DNA of 32,349 nt from Octopus bimaculoides. Its lineage: Eukaryota. The stretch spans positions 55,785,298 through 55,817,646 of the forward strand of contig NC_068984.1 of NCBI RefSeq assembly GCF_001194135.2. Reading direction: 5' to 3'. The notes beneath the pieces are model-generated. The model made no database searches and was not told the DNA's origin. It was given only the letters and a program-made list of their open reading frames with translations. Within the stretch, counting starts at the first letter, position 1, and each line of letters starts with the position of its first letter. Positions 23,164 to 32,349 of the stretch are shown one piece after another. A program made the translations under genes and the position numbers.

Positions 23164-23419
23164 CCACATCATAGTCAACACCATCATCATCAGACACACC
23201 GCAATAACCAACATGTAAACAACAGTGACGACCGTGGTAGAAGATAAGAAAGCGAAGGCTTGGACTTCAAGACCGAGGACAAATCGAGGTGACTAGCAGA
23301 GCTAATGAATCACAAACTTGCTCGTTAGTGAGTGTTGTAGTACATCAGGTTACTGAATATAACGCTCACTGTCAAACTAATAGAAGCGATATTGAGCTTT
23401 GGATTGTCATTAGCTTCGC

Positions 23420-23750
23420 AGGAATCAGGTGTGACTGTGTGGCTGGGAAACGTGCTTCCAAACCATGTGCTCTTGAATACGGTCCCACTTAGTGGCACCT
23501 TGGGAAAGTGTCTTCTACTATAGCCCTGAACCGACCAAAGCGCTGTGACATGCTTTGGTAGACGGAAACTGAAATAAAACCCATGCAATGGATATGTGCC
23601 TTTGTGTTTGTATTTGTCCTTCACAACCTCTTGACAATCGGTGTTCGTTTGTTTACCTGCCCATAACTTAGCACGTCGGCAAAATAGATCCTATAGAATA
23701 AATGCCACTTTCAAAATAGAAGTACTAGGGTCGATTTATTCGTCGAAACC
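23420..23750 (+). mobile_element. Diverged tRNA-derived CORE-like SINE (family of 15381-15802)
   Basis: GTGGCACCTTGGGAAAGTGTCTTCTACTATAGCCC...TTTGGTAGACGGAAACTGAAA aligns with the reverse complement of 15650-15730. Confidence 0.82.
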
Positions 23751-24076
23751 AGAGGTCCATATAATTTTTTGGTTTTCCACGCAAGCAAAATAGTAATTTA
23801 GAGATCAACAGTATTATTTCAAGGGTCCATGAAAATATTTTGCTTAAGATGTATTTATTGCAAGAAACAGCTAGGTTTCTTTCTATAACGTTCAACATAG
23901 TTCAGCATTTTCTTGTTAACGTATGCGAGTGAACGTGTGAAAAACTAAACAGGAATTTTTAAAGAAGTAGCCATAAGACTAGCTTTTTAAACACCGAGTA
24001 GCTATGGAGGGGGTGTCCACCAGCATAAAATAGTAATCAAAGGGGTCCATAAATAAAAAGTGGTTGAGAATCGCTA
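23751..24076 (+). mobile_element. hAT (Charlie-like) non-autonomous element, 5' end missing
   Basis: Right end AAAAAGTGGTTGAGAATCGCTA resembles the Charlie TIR (reverse of CAGTGGTTCTCAACC). Internal GGGTCCA-type repeats at 23755, 23823, 24012 and 24042. Confidence 0.55.
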
Positions 24077-25767
24077 GTCTAAACCCTTCATGGGATTTTC
24101 TTCTGTTGTCTCTAGAGATGTTAAGGTTTGATTTACAAGTAAACAATGCAAGTATCTGTGTAGCCAGTGAAAATAAAGAAATATAGATAATTCAACATAT
24201 ATTAAATGTATTGAGTTTTGATTAACACACGGTCCATCACATTACTAAAGTACATCGACATCAAATTTAATTGAAAATGATAGGAATATTCCTTTTAGGA
24301 ATCAGTCTGAGTATGATTTTTATCATAAACGCAGTTTTTATCATAAACGCAGTTGCTAATTGAAAGATTCATCATGTTCATTTGCCAAATTCCCACAGAT
24401 ACAATATAGAAAAACACTGAATACACATACTAAAGAACAAATCAATTAACTAATTAATCAAATAATCAATTAGTTATCCGATTGAAAATAAACGCTGTAC
24501 TTAATCACTTTTTCATTCTCTTTCGGCGTATACAGTAATAATGATGTTTATCATTTAAAAATTCAAAAGAATGTATTGTAAAAAATCGATGGAAATTGTG
24601 ATTTCCTTAGTCGATTGGTGAATATCAGCATTAGAGATATGTTAACCTTGTCACGAGGAGAAATAGTTCGATTTTTCATTTTTTAACAATAATCACAAAA
24701 TTCTTCAGTTCATGTGTTGGCTATATTTTCCGAAATTTACTATCACGCATCATGATAGAAATATGGTTATATAATATTTACACTCAAAAATAAAAATCAA
24801 TAGCTACATCATGCCGCTGTATACTGATTAAAAGACATCACACTTTGACAGGATTTAACCGTGATCTTTTCTAAAAAAATAAATAAATAAATGGTTTTTT
24901 TTAAACCTACGAATTAGTCTCATACAATCATACCCGTTTTATTTGAAATAAGGCTTTTAATTCACTTATATTATATCGCGGATTACATTATTCAATGTGT
25001 CGTTCTTTATTTAAGGTGGTAGTGTAGGATTTGAGAGACATTTGTCTACTGTTTCTACTGAGTTGTACCATCACATACAGATACCCTTGCTGTCTTTTAT
25101 TGTTAACCGTTTCTAAAATATATGGTCCCGACTAAATAGAATCACGGCCACTATGTACTGAAAGAAAAACATACATACTGAAGTTTAAAACCGCTTAACC
25201 TAATTAATTTCCATGCTAGAATTTCAGATTTCTAACGGTGTTTTAGCAAATGCCTAGACTACGTGTACAGGGTGTCTCTATTGAGATTGCTTGTGAATTA
25301 CACTTTAATTGAATTCTAAAAAATAAAATCTAATCAGAAACGACTTTGTAAACTTTAATCAATCAGTCATTAACCCCGAACTGATATTATCTGACCTGTT
25401 GTTGAGTTTCAAAAAACGTTAACAATACGACAGCCAATCTTTTTGTTTATGTTTATTTAATGAAAAGCTTTTATTATTGAAAGTAAAATATTAGATTTGA
25501 CGTCACAAAACATTACAAGAATATTTTCAATGAATCTTTATAAAATATAGGCAAGTGGGCGCCACCATACTTAATGCAGCAAGCCATGTAATTTTAATGA
25601 TTTTAAATTGCACTCATATCGATTAGAACAATCATTATCTAAATTACTAACTTTAGTAAAAAAAATAATAAAAGGTAGAGACAGCAGCTGTAATTTTAAC
25701 TAGTTGTAATTAATTAAATATGGGATATTGTGATCTGTATTCGAAGCTGTTCGCAATGTAGTGACAA

Positions 25768-25807
25768 TTCTGGACATGTTTCGGTTTTAGTATGCCTCAT
25801 CAGGAAA
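25768..25807 (-). ncRNA. Minimal type-I hammerhead ribozyme motif
   Basis: Minus strand: TTTC-CTGATGA-GG(catactaaaa)CC-GAAA-CATG-TC-CAGAA. Perfect core, palindromic helix III ACATGT and GUC site. Helix I is imperfect. Confidence 0.6.
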
Positions 25808-26058
25808 GGATATGATATTGCTGCAGATCTTAAATAACTTGACACGTGTTGTAATAACTTAACAGAATGACTGAAGAAAAAAATCTTAATAATAATGTGA
25901 ATACTATAATATCTGGTGTTGTAAACTAAGAATTTTAGTCAGAGATTAAACGTTTAGTAATAGAATAATCTTTATGTAAATTATTAATTCTAGTAAAAAG
26001 AGAGAATAAACGAGACAACTCAGAAATTTTTAATCTCGTACAAAAACAAAAATTTATA

Positions 26059-26275
26059 CGAGGATGGCGCTGAAAAGTTCCTGGCTTTAAGGGTATCGCG
26101 AAAGTCCTAGTCAGAGGCCCAAGCTCCCGAGTTTTTTTACTAGGCTTAGAAAAGCTGAAGGACTTCTGCAGTAAGTGTGTGAATCTGAGAAGGGAATATG
26201 TTCAATAAAATCATATTTAACTGATCCTCTCGTATTTTCTGTTACCCAAAGCCAGCAAATTTTCAGCACCCCGTG
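26059..26275 (+). mobile_element. Mariner-derived MITE retaining the transposase C-terminus
   Basis: TA flanks. TIRs CGAGGATGGCGCTGAAAAGTTCCTGGCTTT / AAAGCCAGCAAATTTTCAGCACCCCGTG. Internal GLEKLKDFCSKCVNLRREYVQ* resembles the mariner C-terminus. Confidence 0.85.
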
Positions 26276-29048
26276 TATATATTCCTGGAGAGGCCCAAGA
26301 ATGATTCGATGTGCATTATAGTACGAAATATACCTTAAGAAAATGAGAAGCGTTAAATATAGAATACAGTTGGGAATGAGCAGTGCAGTTGTAATTGTGT
26401 ACGTTTCATATTTTTAGCCCTTCTCAGTTAAGCATAAGCTTTCAGATTAATTTATTGAATTGAAAAATAAACTTTTAATGTTGGTCAGAATTAATTGAAG
26501 ATTTTCGATGTATTTCAAGTAAAATATAATAAAATTTTATTCAAAAATACCTTATTTAAAGCAGATTTTAAAACATATTATATTCATATATTGGAATATT
26601 TTCCTAAATAAGGTGGACGTATATTGATGCCACTATATAACCGGTAGATATAGCTCATATATAAGTATTGTAGATTCATTCCATTTGAGAAAAGTTCGCA
26701 ACTGATATCACTTGTAAACCAGTCTTCTGGCCAAAAGTTCCAAGGTTTATATCCTGTAACTGATATTACATTATATCATGAATGCAACAAACAATTTAAA
26801 ATAAGTAGAAGGAGGAGCAATAATAACTCATTATTATCATATATTATAAAATAATTATTATTGTAATATTATCATAATAATAACTCCTTAGCATAAGCCA
26901 AAATTTTAAGCATGGTATTTAACTACACCATGTTTAAATATAACCATATGCGAAAACTGCTAAAGACTAACGTGCCAACTCTAGGAATAGTATCGTAAAA
27001 AATGGTAAATTCCAACGTGTTTCTCTTATTAAAATGTCTTTCATTTGTAATCAGTGTATGAATCACCTACGTCTTAATATTATTAGTTTCTCCCCCGTGA
27101 ATATTGAGAATGGAAATTAACTTCTTTAAAACAGCAGTAACTATACAAATCAACTACAGGTTTCTCGAGATTCAGAAATTCTTCCCAACTGAATTTGTTG
27201 CAACCCTTTGTGCTTTAAGAAGTATAGAGTATAGAAAGTAAAATATCATTGTGTTTGTGAAGACACATTATGAGAAATGTAATATTTTCCAAAGGTCCTG
27301 TATAATGAATCAATAGCCGCATTAGGTCTTTGAACAAGCAGAAGAAACAACCTGGAATCTTTTGAATCTGACACTTATGTTTCTAACAACTTCTATTTAT
27401 ATCTTTGGATAAGAAGGTGCCCTTAGCGATGCATGGAATCTCTCCTCAGATCTAAACTTTCTATAGATTGTTTTCTTTCTTTTTATCAAAGTAAAACATT
27501 CGGCTTATAAATGTGTGACGCATTGCTTGTGGTAAAAGTCAAACATTTACTTCTTGATCCGCTCCTCATGAACGTTTCATAGTTTCTAATACTTTGCTCC
27601 TTACACCATTCGGATTTATTATTAGATGTCATTATCAGTACTTATCTTTTATGGAAGCAACATAACGGAGTTAATGAGATAGGCCGCTACATGAACGGTC
27701 TATATGGTAGATATATTAGGCAATTTTTTCTTAAACAACACACTAACGTCTTAAATAAAGAAAGGAAAACATTGAATAACGTAGTCATAAGTACATTACT
27801 AAAAGTACGAGTTGGTTATGATTTTAATTTTTTATCAGAGACCTGTTGAACAGCAGCTGTATATCATTAATATTATAGAGGTTTATGAAGTAAACTCACT
27901 TCTCCTTCTGAATCCAAGATATGTTTGCCTTCAACACCAGCTTTCATGCTCAAATTCGATTCGCTTGGAAAATTATATCTTTAAGGTCTACAACAGATCT
28001 CGCTGCTGTGATCTAAGAAAAATTTGGCTGCTATTTCAAGTAAGTCGGACGACTATGTAGATGCTTCTACCTCTTATGTATGTTATCTTAAATAGTAAAC
28101 TCTCATTCTACAAATTACTATATCCTGTTAAACTTAGTAGTTGTATCCCACTTTATTTAATTCAAAACTCTTCTTTGTTCACACATTTTGCTTTACCATC
28201 AGGATTAAATTCCTTCTAAAATCCCACTGATCAAAAATGCTTACTATATACAGTTAGCCTACGTAGATACGTTACGGTTGCATCTGGATTTCGAGTAATG
28301 CCATTCGCTTAACTGTTCTCTTAAACATGACCAGCACAGACGTGGCTTTACAATACTACGAGGGACTTAAACTCTGTCGTACATGTATAACAACGATGGA
28401 CACCTTTACAAATATACATGCACGCGTACATACATACATACATGCATACATACATACATACATATATGCATGCATACAATTTTCAAGCGCTGCGGTTATC
28501 AAGCAAAGTAAGTAATTGCTGCCATGCACTCGGCAAATGGCCTGAGTAAGCGAAATAGCAGAAATATATTACTCTTCATAGTTGTTGTCTAAATAATTCT
28601 GGCGATATTGCTTAGTTTCGTTGTTAGGAAAGTTCTCCTATATAACTACAAAGCAAACATACATATATACATACATGTGTCCATTACATATATATAAACT
28701 AGATATGTCCATTTCATCATGATAATGTCAATAATTACTTAGAAATTATAATCTATAACTGTTGGGATTTTTAGGCGAGATAAAATATGTCAGGTTTGTA
28801 TTCCTCAAATTCAGTCAGCAAATATAGCAGCAGAAAGTTGCTAGAATGTTCAATGAGTAGCATGTAATTCTATATCATTTCTTATACCAAAGTACCAAGG
28901 ACCGCTATTCTTAGCAGAAATTATTCAAAGCATTTAATAGGAAAATACAAATATATCCAATCATACAAGCAAAAATTAACTTTATGATGCGTATTGAGTG
29001 CTGATTTGTGCTGTGTGATCATTTGCACTCTTTATAAAGAAAAGGGTA

Positions 29049-29096
29049 GTCTTACAGCTGTTTCTGGGATATTATGGATATATCTTTATCAGAGAC
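29049..29096 (-). ncRNA. Degenerate hammerhead motif (G8A core, disrupted helix II)
   Basis: Minus strand: GTCT-CTGATAA-A-GATATAT-ccata-ATATCCC-A-GAAA-CAGCTG-TA-AGAC. Confidence 0.45.
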
Positions 29097-29972
29097 AATA
29101 TGAGAGAGGGAAATAGTAGAGTTCAATACAAGGAGTTATTTTGGAAAAGGATGGATATATTAAGTATAAAGAAAAATAAGAGAATAATAGTAAAAATAAA
29201 AATATATGTAGGATATTACAGTTGCAGTTCCATTATCCAAGGAACGTTCTGTGTAGAATGGGTAGAAATACTTCTTTTCCATGGAATGTAGATTCTGATA
29301 GGAGTTCATTTTTTGTTATTATAAATGGATAGTGTGGAAACCTAAATTTCATGTGTTGTTCATTCAAAGTGGTCATCTGGTGTGAATGAAATTTTGAGAA
29401 AGTACTGGTAGGGGTAAATAGACAGAGAGAAGATAATAGATATGTTAGGAGGAGAATGGTAATAGTCAAAAGGAATATGGGAGGAAAGAAGAAAGAAAGA
29501 AAAAAGAAAGTGGAAGTGAAAATGAAAAAAGGAGTGCTAGATGGTGGTCAAGATATTGTGAGCGGCATGGCAGAGGAAAGCTATCTAGATAAAAGGAATT
29601 GGAGGACGGATAGAAGGAAGAGATCAGAATGTAAGGAAGAAATCTGTGTGTGAAGTGATGGGTGAGATAATATGTTCGAAAGGCACTAAGGTAGAGTGAT
29701 AGGTAAAGAAAATGGTACAGGGATGTGTACTAGAGTGAGTAGTAAACCTCAAAAAGGAAAGGAAGAATAAGAAATAATGGTCAACTTTCTAAAAATAGAC
29801 GTGGGTATTGTACTAGTTGACGACTCAGAGAGAGAAAGTGAGGGCTGATTAATCAGAGAGAGAAAGAAAGATAGGTATATAGACATACACATACGCGCAC
29901 ATATATACATATAAATGTGTATTATGCACTATTAGATAGGCCCGTATATGAACCAATACCCATACGCATATA

Positions 29973-30035
<63 letters not shown>

Positions 30036-30124
30036 GAGAATATACGAAAAAACAACAACAGACGAGGACAGGTGGTGTAAATAACAAAAGGATGTATTAG
30101 TATGACGCTCGGGAATACGGAAAG

Positions 30125-30161
30125 TCTTTGACGTTTCGAGCTACGCTCTTCAACAGAAAGA
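30125..30161 (-). ncRNA. Variant minimal hammerhead motif (CUGUUGA core) in a short nested repeat (30034-30178)
   Basis: Minus strand: TCTTT-CTGTTGA-A-GAGC-gta-GCTC-GAAA-CG-TC-AAAGA. Helices I and II pair perfectly, and helix III is the palindrome ACGT. Confidence 0.5.
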
Positions 30162-30408
30162 ATACGGAGACAAGGAGATACACATATACACATACACACA
30201 TACATATATGTATATACACACAAACGTACACATATGTTTATATATGTATTTTTAAACAATTAAAAAATTAAAATTAAAAATTGAAAAGTCAAAGAATCAA
30301 TAGGTTCTAATAGACCACAAATCTAAATGCAACCTATATAACCACACAGTACATATACTGAACACCCCTTAGGCAATCTCCAACAACCTTATTTGACTTT
30401 CCAACGTA

Positions 30409-30586
30409 TATTGATTCTTTAACTTTTCAATTTTTAATTTTAATTTATTAATTGTTTAATAATACATATACAAACATATGTATATGTGTGTATATATGTG
30501 AGTGTCTGCGTGTATACATGTATATGTATGTGTATATGTGTGTATGCATATATATATGTATATATGTATGTATATATATTATGTGT

Positions 30587-30623
<37 letters not shown>

Positions 30624-31501
30624 TGTATGGATATCGGTACATAAGTATGCGGGCCTATGTAATAGCGCATATACACATTTATATATATGTGTCTGTGCGC
30701 GTGCGTATATCTATATACACATCTTTATTTCTCTCTCTGATTCATCATTCCTCCTCCCACAATCACTTTAGCTAGTAAAATAAATATCCACGTCTATTTT
30801 TAGGAACTTGACCATTATATCTTATTCTTCTCTTTCTTTATAAGATTTCCTCACACTTTAGTACCCCCCCCCTATGTCTCCACCTTAGTGCCTTTCGAAC
30901 ATATCACCCCACCTCCCACTTCTCACACATTCTTATTTACATTCTTCCTTACATTCTTATTTTTACCTTTTATCCGTCCCCTATTCCTTTTATCTTGATA
31001 GCTCTCCTCTGCCATCCCGCTCACAATATCTTGACCACCATCTAGCACTCCTTTTTCATTTTCTCTTCCTTTTTGATTAATGCCATTCTCCTCCTAACAT
31101 AAATATATATTCTCTTCTCTCTATCTACTTACCCCTACCAGTACGTTTTCAGAATGTCATTCACACCACAAGAACCCCTTTGAATGAACAACACATGGAA
31201 TTTATGTCTCCACACTATCCATTTATAATAACAAAATATGAACTCCTGTCGGAATCTATATACCATGGGCATTATCCTTGGATAATGGAACTGCAACTGT
31301 AATATCCTACATATACTTTTTTTTGTTTTTTTTACTTTTATTCTTTTATTTCCGTTTATACTTCCTATGTCCATCCTTTTCCAAAATAACCCCCTATTTT
31401 GAACTCTATTTCTCTCTAGTTAATTCTCTCATATCGTCTCTGATGAAGGGATATCCGTAATATCCCAGAAACAGCTGTAAGATTACCTTTATCTTTATAA
31501 A
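30409..31501 (+). mobile_element. Right arm of the 2.47 kb palindrome
   Basis: For example, TATTGATTCTTTAACTTTTCAATTTTTAATTTTAA pairs with 30266-30302, and ATATCCCAGAAACAGCTGTAAGA pairs with 29050-29072. Confidence 0.85.
31436..31483 (+). ncRNA. Minimal type-I hammerhead ribozyme motif
   Basis: GTCT-CTGATGA-A-GGGATAT-ccgta-ATATCCC-A-GAAA-CAGCTG-TA-AGAT. Intact core, 7-bp helix II, palindromic helix III ACAGCTGT, and a GUA site with predicted cleavage after 31479. Confidence 0.7.
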
Positions 31502-31715
31502 TGTCCTATAAATTCCACACAGCCTTGGCATTCTTGTTTAATTTTATTTAACATATGTGTGTGTGAGAGAGATGTGTGTTTGTGGGCCTGTGTGTATGTA
31601 TACACGAACCAACAGAGCAATGATGATTGTTAGAATCTAGAAAGTATCATCTTATAGCACGTTTCCATTGCATCATAAAAGTGAATATATATATATATAC
31701 ATAGAAACATGCCAA

Positions 31716-31716
<1 letters not shown>

Positions 31717-31783
<67 letters not shown>
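31717..31783. repeat. (TG)n microsatellite
   Basis: Direct reading of the sequence. Confidence 0.95.
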
Positions 31784-31785
<2 letters not shown>

Positions 31786-32112
31786 TTGCTGGGCTCAAAT
31801 CTCATTCAGGACCCTCGAAAAGCGAACCTCCAGCAATTCTTCTGCCTTTCTGCCTATATATCTGTGCACACATTTCAATTCCGTGTATGCCATAATGTCT
31901 GCAAACCTATCGGAGGCTTCAAAAGGCATTTTAAGATCTACAAAAATCAGGCAGCACTTGGTAGTCCAAATCAGATATGCAATCTATGCGGCTGCCTTGT
32001 CAATACATTGTCTCGTTTCAAAATCCACATCAGATACCATGATGGATCTAAGGTGTTGGTACTAAAGGTGGTCATACTCTACATAAGGAGTAGACAACTA
32101 CCATATATATAC

Positions 32113-32309
32113 CCTTATACTTGTTTCAGTCATTTGACTGCAGCCATATTGGAGTATCGCCTTTCGTCGAACAAATCGATTCCAGGACTTTGTAAGCCTA
32201 GTACTTATGGTGGAGGTCTCTTGCCGAACCACTAAGTTACGGAGACGTGAACACACCAACATCGGTTCTTAAGTGATGGTGGCGGGGACAAACATAGACA
32301 CACAAATAA

Positions 32310-32310
<1 letters not shown>
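32113..32310 (-). mobile_element. 3' half of the CORE-like SINE (family of 15381-15802); head not present in the window
   Basis: TACTTGTTTCAGTCATTTGACTGCAGCCAT...GGACAAACATAGACACACAAA aligns with 15398-15587. Confidence 0.82.

Positions 32311-32313
<3 letters not shown>

Positions 32314-32349
<36 letters not shown>
32314..32349. repeat. (TA)n microsatellite
   Basis: Direct reading of the sequence. Confidence 0.95.

Larger units (their letters stand above)
29031..30302 (-). mobile_element. Left arm of a 2.47 kb diverged palindrome (Penelope-like terminal region, inferred)
   Basis: Reverse-complement similarity to 30409-31501 along its length, except for an extra insert at 30034-30178 and variable microsatellites. 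Confidence 0.85.

Noticed and set aside
24318-24353. 18 bp tandem duplication TTTTATCATAAACGCAGT x2
   Set aside because: Ordinary local slippage or duplication with no associated structure.
27160-27241. Possible exon FLEIQKFFPTEFVATLCALRSIEYRK* after TACAG|
   Set aside because: Weak pyrimidine tract, no partner exon or homology, and expected by chance in AT-rich DNA.

Overview
Eukaryotic, AT-rich genomic DNA, dense in microsatellites, with five N-gaps that all sit inside simple repeats. The SINE families and repeat landscape look like a cephalopod (Octopus-like) genome; this is recognition from memory, not a database result. Most ORF-track entries are translations of microsatellites or gaps. 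Well supported: a decayed Tc1/mariner element with long IR/DR-type terminal repeats (8897-10418), a decayed R4/Dong-clade non-LTR retrotransposon ending in (TAA)n (about 17930-20535) plus a second short Dong 3' fragment embedded in (TAA)n, several tRNA-derived SINEs of about three families, and mariner- and hAT-derived MITEs. The most unusual signal is a set of minimal type-I hammerhead-ribozyme-like motifs in at least three unrelated short repeat families. The best-preserved motif of each family has a self-complementary helix III (ACAGCTGT, ACGT, ACATGT). In two places the motifs lie in the arms of head-to-head inverted duplications: a 2.47 kb diverged palindrome at 29031-31501 and a small one at 31-418. 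This fits non-autonomous Penelope-like or retrozyme-like elements with no RT in the window. A small, phase-consistent spliced + strand gene candidate (8728-13099, with a GC-AG intron and a PKKKRK motif) is possible but unidentified.
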